Assembly (NCBI GenBank): GCA_039683575.1
Contig: JBDKRC010000184.1
Location: 1 to 35,934, forward strand
Length of the DNA: 35,934 bases
Direction: 5' to 3'
DNA from: Armatimonadia bacterium
Lineage (GTDB): Bacteria > Armatimonadota > Zipacnadia > Zipacnadales > UBA11051
Shown here in pieces: positions 9,255 to 18,175 of the stretch; the first letter of the stretch is position 1, and every line of letters begins with the position of its first letter. The translations under genes and the position numbers were made by a program. The notes beneath the pieces are model-generated. The model was not told the DNA's origin and made no database searches. It saw only the letters and a program-made list of their open reading frames with translations.

Positions 9255-10280
9255 ATGTCTGACAATCCCGCCCAGGTCTTGTTGGTTGATGATGATGCAC
9301 TCGTGCTCAAGGTGTGTGCTGACGCGCTTCGCCATGCCGGCTATGCCGTAACGCCGGTCGGCACCGGCCAGGGGGCGCTGCAGGCCTTCGCGGAGCAGCC
9401 TTTCGAGGCCGCGGTGGTAGACCTCGTCCTGCCGGATGTGGACGGCCTGACGCTTCTCGGGGCCATGCGCGAGGCCGATCCCGACATCGTTGTCATCCTG
9501 ATGACCGGCTACGCCAGCGTCGAAAGCGCCATCGAGGCTGTGCGGCGCGGGGCGTACGACTATCTCCGCAAACCCTTCACCGCCGACGACCTGTCCCGCG
9601 TCATGAAACGCGGCCTGAGCCAGCGACAGCTTGCCGTGGAAAACCGGCAGCTAATGCGCGATCTGGACGTCATGAACCAGGAGTTGTCCGAGAGGGTCCG
9701 CGTGGCCACGGAAGAACTCCATGCCTTCATAAGCCTCGGCCGGCGGCTCGACGAAGCCGAGGGGCCCCTGCCCCTGCTGTCCGACCTCACAGTGGCTGCA
9801 ACTCAACTCGCCGGGGCGACGACAGGTGCCATATTCCTGGGTCACGCCGATGGCCGATTCGAGTGCCTTGTGGCCGAAGGTGAAGCCGCAGCGGCGCTCC
9901 GGGCCGGTTCGCCAGGAGCTCTCCCCTTCGCCGGGAGACAGCGGAGCGTCTGGCAGGACCCCCTGTTCGACGAATGTGCCGCAAGCGACAAGCCGGTCAT
10001 CCGGCAGCAACTCCTGGCCTCGCCGGACACGGCGAATGGGCCGCTGGCGCTGTTAGGCCTGAGTTCGGCCATGGTCATTCCGCTCAACGCCGTCAGCGGG
10101 ACGGTGGGCGTGCTGGGGCTGTTTGACGGTGAGGGGTTCACCGAACGGCAGGCAAGCCTCGTGAAGGTGCTGGCGGCGCAGGCGGCCGAGGTCATCCTGC
10201 TGACGCGCCGGCTAACGAAGCCCGCGGGCGAGACGGAAGACGGCTTTGTAGACCTGCAAGACGTTTTGGGAGCGCAATAG
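9255..10280 (+). CDS. Response regulator: receiver, coiled coil and GAF domain, no output domain
   Basis: LLVDDD, VDLVLPD, MTG, YLRKPF; heptad linker; GAF-like SAMVIPLNAVSGTVGVLGL...FTERQASLVKVLAAQAA. Confidence 0.85.
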   Translation: MSDNPAQVLLVDDDALVLKVCADALRHAGYAVTPVGTGQGALQAFAEQPFEAAVVDLVLPDVDGLTLLGAMREADPDIVVILMTGYASVESAIEAVRRGAYDYLRKPFTADDLSRVMKRGLSQRQLAVENRQLMRDLDVMNQELSERVRVATEELHAFISLGRRLDEAEGPLPLLSDLTVAATQLAGATTGAIFLGHADGRFECLVAEGEAAAALRAGSPGALPFAGRQRSVWQDPLFDECAASDKPVIRQQLLASPDTANGPLALLGLSSAMVIPLNAVSGTVGVLGLFDGEGFTERQASLVKVLAAQAAEVILLTRRLTKPAGETEDGFVDLQDVLGAQ

Positions 10281-11035
10281 TGGCCTCTGACTGTCCCTGG
10301 TGGCAAGTATTCTTCGATAGCGCCGACTCGCTGATCCTGTCACGCTTCCCCAGCGCGACCGAGACCAGGCTGGAGATTGAAGGCCTCAAGCGCCTCGTCC
10401 CCCTGCAGCCCGAAGACCGCATCGCCGACGTCTGCTGCGGAATGGGGCGGCATCTGCTCCCGCTGGTCTCGCAGGGCTATCAGGTGGTCGGGCTGGACCG
10501 CTCGCCGATGATGCTGGCGCTGGCCCACCGTGGAGCGCAGGCGGCGGGGCTGCAGGCGCGTCTCGTGCTGGGAGACTCCTCGCGGCTGCCCTTCAGGGAC
10601 GCCAGCCTCGATGTGGTGCTCAATCTCTTCAACAGTTTTGGCTACTTCGAGCGCGAGGAGGACGACCGGCGGGTGCTGGCGGAGGCGGCCCGAGCCCTGA
10701 AGCCAGGCGGTCGATTCCTGCTCGACACCCGCAACAAGAAGCACCAGATCCTGTTCGCGCCCTACCACGAGCCGATGCGCCTGCACGATGGGCGCGAGTT
10801 GATCATGCGCTGCGCCTTCAGCCAAGACACCCAGCGGCTGGTCTCCAGGTGGTACGACGCCAACGACCAGAGCCGGCTGGTGCACGAGGCCTCCATAAGG
10901 CTCTACGCCCCGGCCGAGATCGAGGCCATGCTGGAGGAGGCCGGCCTGCGAGTGCAAGCCCGGTACGGGGACTACGAGGGGAATGAGTTTGAGGGGTGGG
11001 AGAGACAGCTGCTATTCGTTTGCCACAGGGCCTGA
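10280..11035 (+). CDS. Class I SAM-dependent methyltransferase
   Basis: DVCCGMGRH motif I, GLDRS, NLFNSFGYF, LKPGGRFLLD. GTG start overlaps the upstream TAG. Confidence 0.9.
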   Translation: MASDCPWWQVFFDSADSLILSRFPSATETRLEIEGLKRLVPLQPEDRIADVCCGMGRHLLPLVSQGYQVVGLDRSPMMLALAHRGAQAAGLQARLVLGDSSRLPFRDASLDVVLNLFNSFGYFEREEDDRRVLAEAARALKPGGRFLLDTRNKKHQILFAPYHEPMRLHDGRELIMRCAFSQDTQRLVSRWYDANDQSRLVHEASIRLYAPAEIEAMLEEAGLRVQARYGDYEGNEFEGWERQLLFVCHRA

Positions 11036-11050
11036 CGGCCCGGCGGAATC

Positions 11051-11090
11051 AAACAGGGCGCACCTCGCGGTGCGCCCTGTTTTCGTTTGT
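11051..11090. terminator. Bidirectional intrinsic terminator
   Basis: AAACAGGGCGCACC-TCGC-GGTGCGCCCTGTTT followed by TCGTTTGT, between convergent genes. Confidence 0.8.
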
Positions 11091-11102
11091 GCTGACTCGT
11101 CG

Positions 11103-11870
11103 TTACGCGACGTTCCAGGCGTCGTAGGCCTGCTTGATCGCGGCGAGGTTGTCGCCCTTGGGGCCAAACTCGTGGGTGACGAAGCCGTCGTAGTCGAGGG
11201 CTGCGACCGCGCGAGCGATGGCCGGGTAGTAGATCTCCTGCTGGTCGTCGAGATCATTGCGGCCGGGGTTCCCGGCGGTGTGGAAGTGGGCGATGAAGTC
11301 GATGTTGTCCTGGATGGTGCGGATGAGGTCGCCTTCCATGATCTGCATGTGGAAGATGTCGTAGAGCACCTTGACGTTCGGCGAGTCCACCAGCTTGCAC
11401 ATGTGGACGGCCCACTCGGTGTGGTCGCACTGGTAGCCGGGGTGGCTGACGCGGCTGTTGAGCAGCTCCGTGGTCAGCATGATGCCCTTCTCTTCGGCGA
11501 AGGCGGCGACGCTCTTGAGCACCGCCGCGCAGTTCTCCATGCCCTGAATCTCTGACAGGCCGAAATAGCGGTCGCCGGAGAGGCAGCACAGGTTGTGGAT
11601 GCCGAACTTGGCAGCCTTCTCGATGTTGACCATCAGCTCGTCGTGAATGCGGTCGAAATTCTCCGGCTTATTCATGCCATCACGCAGCGACTGGTGTCCG
11701 CCGATGAGTGAAAGCTCCATCCCGGCGTCCTTGATGCGCTGCCACTGCTCTTCAGGCGCAAAGTCAAACGCCTGATAGCCGATTTTCTTGGCTTCCTCGA
11801 TTGCCCGCTCCGGCGTGATATCGCCGCGGCAGACAATGCCCCAACAGATGCCCTGCTTGATTGGTTTCAT
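11103..11870 (-). CDS. Hydroxypyruvate isomerase family TIM-barrel protein
   Basis: ELLNSRVSHPGY, LYDIFHMQIMEGDLIRTI, HFHTAGNPGRNDLD, QEIYYP. Confidence 0.88.
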   Translation of the reverse strand: MKPIKQGICWGIVCRGDITPERAIEEAKKIGYQAFDFAPEEQWQRIKDAGMELSLIGGHQSLRDGMNKPENFDRIHDELMVNIEKAAKFGIHNLCCLSGDRYFGLSEIQGMENCAAVLKSVAAFAEEKGIMLTTELLNSRVSHPGYQCDHTEWAVHMCKLVDSPNVKVLYDIFHMQIMEGDLIRTIQDNIDFIAHFHTAGNPGRNDLDDQQEIYYPAIARAVAALDYDGFVTHEFGPKGDNLAAIKQAYDAWNVA

Positions 11871-12030
11871 CTAGTCCTCCAGACGTTGGTGCCAGGCCGC
11901 AGCCTTGGCTCATACCCGATTCTTCGTGTATTATCAGAAACGGCGGCGTATGCTTCCGCATCCGCGGCTGAATCTCCTACCTGATGCTGACTTTTCCCTG
12001 CATCAGCGGTGAGAGGCGGGGCTCTGGGGC

Positions 12031-14037
12031 ATGCACGACATACCGATCCTGAGAGAATTGCTGATTCTCATCATCGTGTCGCTGGCGGTGGTGCACCTCG
12101 TGCGGCGGGCCCGAGTGCCGGCGGTGGTGGGCTTCCTGCTGTCCGGAATGCTGCTTGGCCCCGGCGGATTGGCCCTTATCAAGGACCAGCACACGGTTGA
12201 GATGCTCGCCGAGATCGGTGTGGCGCTTCTCCTCTTCACCATCGGGCTCAAGTTCTCCGTGCAGGAGATGCTGCGGCTGAAGTACTGGGTCTTTGGGGCA
12301 GGCGCTCTGCAGGTGCTCCTGACCATCGCCGGGGGCTTTGCCATCACCCGCGCCCTCGGCTTCCCCGTGAACCTCAGCCTTCTGGTTGGCTTTCTGATCG
12401 CGCTCTCCTCGACAGCGATCGTGCTCAAGCTCCAGGAAGAGCGCGGCGAGACCGCCGCCCCCCACGGACGCCTGTCGCTGAGTGTGCTGATCTTCCAGGA
12501 CCTCGCCGTAGTGCCCCTGCTGCTGCTGGTGCCGATGCTGGGCACCGGGGGAGTTCATTGGCAGGGGGCGCTCCTGGGGCTGGCCAAGTCTCTGGGGCTG
12601 GTGGTGCTGATTCTTGTCGCCTCCCGCCTTCTGATCCCCCGGGTGCTTGGCTACGTGGTAGCCTCACGGAGCCCCGAGGTCTTCACCCTGTCCATCATCG
12701 CCATCGCGATGGGCACCGCGTATGTGTCGGGCGAGGCCGGGCTATCGCTGGCGCTGGGGGCCTTCCTAGCTGGCATCGTGATCTCCGAGACTGACTACTC
12801 GCACCACGTGGCGGCACAGATCCTGCCGCTGCGTGATGCTCTGAGCAGCGTCTTCTTCGTCTCCATCGGGATGCTCGTATACCCGGCAAGTTGGCTCGCG
12901 CTGGGACCCACACTCGTCGGGTTCACGGTCGGCCTCATCCTTCTCAAAGCCTTCGTCGTACTGGTTGTTACCTTGCTCTTCGGCCTGGGCCTGCGCAACG
13001 GCATCATGGCCGGAATGGCCCTGGCGCAGGTCGGTGAGTTCTCGTTCCTGCTCGTGCAGGCAGCCTCGGGAACCGAGCTTCTCGACCCGGGCATGAGGCA
13101 GCTATTCCTCTCGGCCTCGGTGCTGACGATGATGCTGACGCCCCTGCTCATAGTCGCCGGGGCGGCGTTGGCGGGCGCGATGGAACCCCTGAGAAGGCGG
13201 CATGGACAGCAGCAACCGGAGAGTGCGACCGAGGACGGGGCAATTGCCGGGCTGTCCCAGCATGTAGTCATCATCGGCTACGGTGTCAATGGCCGCAACG
13301 TCGCGCGGGCGCTGGCCAGGCTCGAGGTGCCGGTCGTCGTAGTGGAGCTTAACCCGCGTACCGTCCGGGAGATGCACGATGAGGGGACGCCTGTGGTCTA
13401 CGGAGACGCCACACAGGAGGCCCTGCTGCACCAGGCGGGCCTGGAGCGCGCGCAGGTGCTGGTCATTGCCATAGCCGATCCCGTGGCCGCCCGCGCCATC
13501 ACCGCCGTGGCGCGGTATATGAGCCCCAATCTGCATATCGTCGTTCGAACGCGTTTCGTAGCGGAGGTTGAGGGGCTGACTTCTTCGGGGGCCAACAAGG
13601 TGGTGCCGGAGGAGTTCGAGACCTCGCTGGAGTTGGTCGCGCTCAGCATGGCCGCCTACGGCGCAACCCAGCGTGATATCGAGAAGGAGAGGGCGCTGAT
13701 CCGCAGCCAGAGCTACGCTTTCCTGCGCGGGCAGGCGGACGTGCCGGTCGGCCACGCCTCACTGCGCCTGCTCCTGAGCGCGACGGACCTGATCGAAGTG
13801 CCGCTGGGCGAGAGGGCTCCCGCGGTCAACCAGACGCTGCGTCAGTTGGACCTGCGAAACCGAACCGGAGCCACGCTGATCGGCCTGGTGCGGCGTGGGA
13901 TAGTCTCCGGCAGCCCCGACCCCGATCTGCCCCTTCGGTCGGGGGACATACTGCTACTTTTCGGCGACAAGGCCGCGTTAGAGGCCGCACGGAAGACGCT
14001 GACAGAGGAGCAGGCTTTCCCCGGCCTCTTAGCCTAG
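12031..14037 (+). CDS. CPA2 monovalent cation:proton antiporter (Kef-type) with TrkA-N and TrkA-C domains
   Basis: AEIGVALLLFTIGL, ALSSTAIV, FQD, LGAFLAG, QVGEFSF; RCK IIGYGVNG, YGDAT; C-terminal TrkA-C. Confidence 0.92.
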   Translation: MHDIPILRELLILIIVSLAVVHLVRRARVPAVVGFLLSGMLLGPGGLALIKDQHTVEMLAEIGVALLLFTIGLKFSVQEMLRLKYWVFGAGALQVLLTIAGGFAITRALGFPVNLSLLVGFLIALSSTAIVLKLQEERGETAAPHGRLSLSVLIFQDLAVVPLLLLVPMLGTGGVHWQGALLGLAKSLGLVVLILVASRLLIPRVLGYVVASRSPEVFTLSIIAIAMGTAYVSGEAGLSLALGAFLAGIVISETDYSHHVAAQILPLRDALSSVFFVSIGMLVYPASWLALGPTLVGFTVGLILLKAFVVLVVTLLFGLGLRNGIMAGMALAQVGEFSFLLVQAASGTELLDPGMRQLFLSASVLTMMLTPLLIVAGAALAGAMEPLRRRHGQQQPESATEDGAIAGLSQHVVIIGYGVNGRNVARALARLEVPVVVVELNPRTVREMHDEGTPVVYGDATQEALLHQAGLERAQVLVIAIADPVAARAITAVARYMSPNLHIVVRTRFVAEVEGLTSSGANKVVPEEFETSLELVALSMAAYGATQRDIEKERALIRSQSYAFLRGQADVPVGHASLRLLLSATDLIEVPLGERAPAVNQTLRQLDLRNRTGATLIGLVRRGIVSGSPDPDLPLRSGDILLLFGDKAALEAARKTLTEEQAFPGLLA

Positions 14038-15512
14038 TACCAGCGCCACCCCATCCGCCGCGCCTCGAACTCGTTCACCTGCGCCGCATCCTCCGGTGAG
14101 ACCTTCAGGTCGCCGCCGTCGAAGATCTCCTCGTCTCCATTGTCCCGGCACCAGTCCACGAGTGCCCCCCGTAGCTCAGAGACCACTTCCGGCCGCTCTT
14201 TCGCGAGGTTGCGAAGCTCCTGCGGGTCCTCGACCTCGTCGTAAAGCTCCTCAACCCCGCCGAGTTCGTGGTAGACGTACTTGTACTGGCGAGTGCGGAG
14301 CATGTAGCGCTGCGCCGGTGATGCCAGCGACTGCGACACATAGAACTCGCGTCCACGAGCCGCAGCGTCCGCCAACAGCGGCGAGAGATCATCCCCATCC
14401 ACCGACTGCGGCAGCGGGCTGTTGGTGAGGCCGGCCAGCGTCGGCAGGATGTCCTGCAGCCCTGTCAGCTCCGCGTTCCGCCCCTGCGCCGCGATTCTGG
14501 GCCCGGCGCAGATCAGCGGGATGTTGACCGAGCCGTTGAACATGTTGGACTTGAAGAAACAGCCGAAATCGCCCTGCAGGTCGCCGTGGTCGGCGCTGTA
14601 GATGATGATCGTGTTGTCCAGTTGCCCCGCCTCATCGAGACAGCGCACGATACGCCCGATCTGCTCGTCCTGGAAGGTCACCAGCCCGAAGTAATGGGCA
14701 CGAGAGTACTGCACGCCCTCGGGCGACAGCTTGTCCCATCCATACGCGGCCGGCCACGACCGAATCAGCGGGTCCCGGTCGGCGAGCAGGTCATAGCTGC
14801 CAATCGGCGGCGGGAGAGCGCGCGGGTCATAGCGGCGGTTATACGGCTCGGGCGGGTCGTAGGGCGAGTGCGGTTTGGCAAACGAAGTCCACATCATGAA
14901 GGGCTGATCGGGCCTCTCACGCAGGTGCCGCTCGAGGCTCGCGACGCTGCGGCTGCCGACCCAGGCCTCCTCGTGATGCTCAGCGGGCAGTGCTGACGGT
15001 CCGGCATGCACATCATTGTTGCCGATCCCATGGGCCCGTTGATACCCACCCCAGCCGACGTCATGCAGATAGTCGTGGTAGTCTTCAAGCCCCCGCATTT
15101 GCCCCGTCGGATCGAACTGGCCAACAACGCGCCCCGACTCGCACAGTTCGCAGTGCTGGAACCCATGGAGCAGCCGTGGCTGCCCCGGAGGGGAGTATGG
15201 AGCGTAGTGCAGCTTGCCAATGGCTGCGGTCCAGTAACCCGCGGCATTGAAGTGTTCGGCAAGCTTGACCTGATCATCAAGAATCCGCCCGCTATTGCTC
15301 TTGTGCCCGGTGCACTTGTGCGGGTAATTGCCGGTAGTGATGCAAGCCCGCCCTGGAATGCAGATCGGGTTGGGCGAGAAGGCATTGGTGAAGGTCACGC
15401 CCCGCCCCGCCAAAGCGTCGAGGTTGGGCGTCTCGACGAACGAGTTGCCATTCGCCCCGACAGCATCTGACCGCATGTGGTCGGCGGTGATGAGCAGAAT
15501 GTTGGGACGCAT
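14034..15512 (-). CDS. Sulfatase (Cys-type formylglycine family)
   Basis: RPNILLITADH, CIPGR (CxPxR), GKLH, KPHSPY, ADHGD. Confidence 0.92.
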   Translation of the reverse strand: MRPNILLITADHMRSDAVGANGNSFVETPNLDALAGRGVTFTNAFSPNPICIPGRACITTGNYPHKCTGHKSNSGRILDDQVKLAEHFNAAGYWTAAIGKLHYAPYSPPGQPRLLHGFQHCELCESGRVVGQFDPTGQMRGLEDYHDYLHDVGWGGYQRAHGIGNNDVHAGPSALPAEHHEEAWVGSRSVASLERHLRERPDQPFMMWTSFAKPHSPYDPPEPYNRRYDPRALPPPIGSYDLLADRDPLIRSWPAAYGWDKLSPEGVQYSRAHYFGLVTFQDEQIGRIVRCLDEAGQLDNTIIIYSADHGDLQGDFGCFFKSNMFNGSVNIPLICAGPRIAAQGRNAELTGLQDILPTLAGLTNSPLPQSVDGDDLSPLLADAAARGREFYVSQSLASPAQRYMLRTRQYKYVYHELGGVEELYDEVEDPQELRNLAKERPEVVSELRGALVDWCRDNGDEEIFDGGDLKVSPEDAAQVNEFEARRMGWRWY

Positions 15513-15524
15513 GATAGTGCCTTG

Positions 15525-16772
15525 TTAGCTCTTCCCCACAAACCTGAAGAAATTCTCCCCCAGCACATCCTTCACGTCCCGCGCGATCTCCGCCTCCGTC
15601 AAGGGCCATCCCGCCTTCACTGCCATCTCGTACTTCTCCGCGAGGCAATCAGCGATGATAGGCCGCGAGTGCGACCACTTGTACACGAGCTGGTCCAGGA
15701 CTCGGCAGTCGGAGTGCTGCGGGATGAAGCTCGTGCCCAGAAGCTCCAGGCGCATGCGCGTGATCTGCTCAATCAGGCTCGGGTCATTGAGGAACCACCA
15801 GCAACCGAAGGGCAGCAGGTTCGGGAACTTGCGGGCCGTCACGGCCACCTCGTGCTGGTTCTCCAGCGCGAGCATCGTGAGCAGGAAGTTGACCTCCGGA
15901 TTCTCGTCGCAAAGGCGCGCCACGCTGCCCACATCGCCGCGCCCCACGCCGTCACCGGCAAGCTTCAGCGCCGGGTTGATCAGGCGCTTGACGCCGATCA
16001 TCAGCGCAAACGGGATGCCGGTCTCCCGGCAGACCGGGATTACGGCCTCCTTGATGAGCTTGCTCGTCATCGAATCATCCGGATAGCGGAAGCTGTCGGG
16101 CAGCGACACCGCCATGTACAGCGGGTCCATCTTCTTCGCCCAATCCGACAGGAACCGCCGGGCCTCGGCGAGGTCGCTCTCGCCCAGGGCGGGGCTGATG
16201 GTGTAGCCCATGCTCTGCAGCCGCTCGGCGTTCTTCTCGAGGAACACGAGCAGCCCATCGATCCGCAGGGCCGCCCTGAAGCGCTTGTCCTCGGCAAAGC
16301 CCTGCTCCCACACCGGCCGCTCCGCATCATCGAGAGGGTCGTTCGTCATGACGACGCCGCTGCAGTTGGCGGCGGCGAAGACCGCGTCAATATGCTGCTC
16401 AACCGTGCGGCTGGCGAAGTACTCGCGAATCGCCGGATAGGGCTGCGTGACATCCGCCCCCAGCGCCGTCAAGGCCGTCAAAACGCCCCGCCGTGCTTCG
16501 GACACTGGCCCGTGTTCAATGAACAGCCGCTGCCAGATATGCTCGGCCTGCTGCTGCTTGGTCATGCCATAGAAGGCCTCAGGCGAAACTGACCGGTCGG
16601 TCCGGGAGACCTCGGCGATCAGGTAATGATACGTCACGAGCTCATCCGGCCCCCACAGCAGCAAATCACCGAAGGGCGCGGCATACAGGTGGGTATGGAT
16701 GTCAAAGACCGGGGTCTCGGTGATAAGGCGGTGTACAGTCGGCCGGATCTGAGCGATAGCGAGCGGGTTCAT
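15525..16772 (-). CDS. Glucuronate/uronate isomerase (divergent amidohydrolase-superfamily type)
   Basis: DIHTH, WGPDELVTYHYL, MTNDP, GCWWFLN, QHSDCRVLDQLVYKW. ATG 16772 with GGAGG 8 nt upstream. Confidence 0.85.
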   Translation of the reverse strand: MNPLAIAQIRPTVHRLITETPVFDIHTHLYAAPFGDLLLWGPDELVTYHYLIAEVSRTDRSVSPEAFYGMTKQQQAEHIWQRLFIEHGPVSEARRGVLTALTALGADVTQPYPAIREYFASRTVEQHIDAVFAAANCSGVVMTNDPLDDAERPVWEQGFAEDKRFRAALRIDGLLVFLEKNAERLQSMGYTISPALGESDLAEARRFLSDWAKKMDPLYMAVSLPDSFRYPDDSMTSKLIKEAVIPVCRETGIPFALMIGVKRLINPALKLAGDGVGRGDVGSVARLCDENPEVNFLLTMLALENQHEVAVTARKFPNLLPFGCWWFLNDPSLIEQITRMRLELLGTSFIPQHSDCRVLDQLVYKWSHSRPIIADCLAEKYEMAVKAGWPLTEAEIARDVKDVLGENFFRFVGKS

Positions 16773-16834
16773 GAGTAAGACCTCCACAAGTGTGGGAAGA
16801 GATTTCGCCGTGCCGGGGGATGAGACCTTGGGGG

Positions 16835-18175
16835 TTAGCGGCAGCAGCTATCGAGCAGGCGAGCGGTGCGGGGGAAGTGCGTGCGAACGGTATCGGCAAT
16901 CTCGTTGGCATAGCGCCGGTACATCGCCAGGACCTCGGGAAGCGACACTCCACCCGGCTGCAGGTCCAATAGCTCGGGCGCCATGCGTAGCAGGTCCATG
17001 TCAGACCCGCGCAGGAAGTCGCCGCACTGTGACAGCAGGTCCACGAGGTTCACATGGGCGTCAGTGCCGACGCACGCGTCCGGATCGGCGAGCACGTCAA
17101 CCTCGTACGCCTCGTCTGGCAGCCCCGCAGCCAGCATCGAAAGCCGTCGGATCAAGCATGCCAGGCACCCGCCGCACTGCCGGCTGGCGCGCCCCGCTGC
17201 CCAGCAACTGACGGTTCTCTGGATGTCAAACGGCGCCAGAGCCGGGCGCAGGATATCACGGATGATCTCCGCCTTGGTCTGGTAGACAAAGGGGTTGAGC
17301 AGTTCACAATCCAGCCCGGCGTGGCGGCAAAGGCCGTTCATCAGCGCGATGACCCGCGGGTGCGTGCTGCGCGTGGAAAGCCCGCCCAGCCGCGAGCTGC
17401 TCAGCGGAATGGCCACCGTCAGGATGCCATTCTCGAAGACATAGGCCTCCCGGACGCCCTGCCCGTGGGCCGCCGCGATTGCCAGCGACATGAAGAGCAT
17501 GGAACGCGATCGCTGCGACGGCTCCCGCAGGGCTGCTGGGGGGAAGGGAAGCGTAGCCGACGATCCGTGACCGTTGGTGGCCAGCCGAATGTCAGCCGTC
17601 TGGAACGCCTCTGAACGCTCCCTCGAACTCAAGCCCGCCAGCATGTCATGAACCGCGCCCTGCGCCGCCATGACCGTGGGATTGCCTGAGTGATGCGACA
17701 CAAAGACTGGCCGCCGCCCCGTCTTGAGCAGCATCACGGCCCCGGCCAGCGAATCGATGCCGCCCGAGAGCAGCGAGACGCAGTCACCCGCAAACGCAAC
17801 AGGTTCAGTGGCGGCCTGCTCTCCCGCCTCGTCACGCTTTGTGAATTCAAACTGCATCCCATCATGGGTCAATACATACAGCAGGTAGGACAGGTCAGAG
17901 GCGTGTTCCCGCCAGAACACCGGCTCGCGCACCGGCACTGTCAGCGACAGATTGCGCACCCATTGCTCGTTGCGGCCCCGCAGGACCGCGATATCGGTCA
18001 TGTAGACCGCAGTTGCGATGTCCACCAGGTCCAGGCACAGGGGCGATAGCTCGCGCGGGAGCAGGGCATGCAGCTTGCTCAGGTTGCGGCTGACGTTGTG
18101 GCCGGGCCCCTCCCAGTCCAGTTCCAGCGGCGCCATGCCCGGTGCGCCGCCGGTGTGGTTGACTGTGACGCTCAT
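16835..18175 (-). CDS. qatC: QatC-like QueC-family (PP-loop, Zn-binding) protein
   Basis: SGGIDS PP-loop, EPSQRSRSMLF, ENG, STRSTHP, NPF..TKAE, SC...CGGCLACLIRR. About 130-aa N-terminal extension with DLVDIATAVY..D and WVRNLSLTVPV. At 446 aa it is roughly twice a housekeeping QueC. Confidence 0.85.
   Translation of the reverse strand: MSVTVNHTGGAPGMAPLELDWEGPGHNVSRNLSKLHALLPRELSPLCLDLVDIATAVYMTDIAVLRGRNEQWVRNLSLTVPVREPVFWREHASDLSYLLYVLTHDGMQFEFTKRDEAGEQAATEPVAFAGDCVSLLSGGIDSLAGAVMLLKTGRRPVFVSHHSGNPTVMAAQGAVHDMLAGLSSRERSEAFQTADIRLATNGHGSSATLPFPPAALREPSQRSRSMLFMSLAIAAAHGQGVREAYVFENGILTVAIPLSSSRLGGLSTRSTHPRVIALMNGLCRHAGLDCELLNPFVYQTKAEIIRDILRPALAPFDIQRTVSCWAAGRASRQCGGCLACLIRRLSMLAAGLPDEAYEVDVLADPDACVGTDAHVNLVDLLSQCGDFLRGSDMDLLRMAPELLDLQPGGVSLPEVLAMYRRYANEIADTVRTHFPRTARLLDSCCR

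Noticed and set aside
14034-14037. Overlapping stop codons of convergent genes (CTAG)
   Set aside because: This is a common compact arrangement with no evidence of special function.
15525-16772. Gene after qatC as a QatD (TatD) equivalent, since it has a DxHxH motif and the amidohydrolase fold
   Set aside because: Its length and motifs (TYHYL, MTNDP, GCWWF, HSDCRVLDQL) match uronate isomerase, and it is coupled to a sulfatase.
16835-18175. Housekeeping queC for tRNA queuosine synthesis
   Set aside because: It is about twice the normal size, has a QatC-type N-terminal domain and motifs, and has no queD/queE/queF neighbours.
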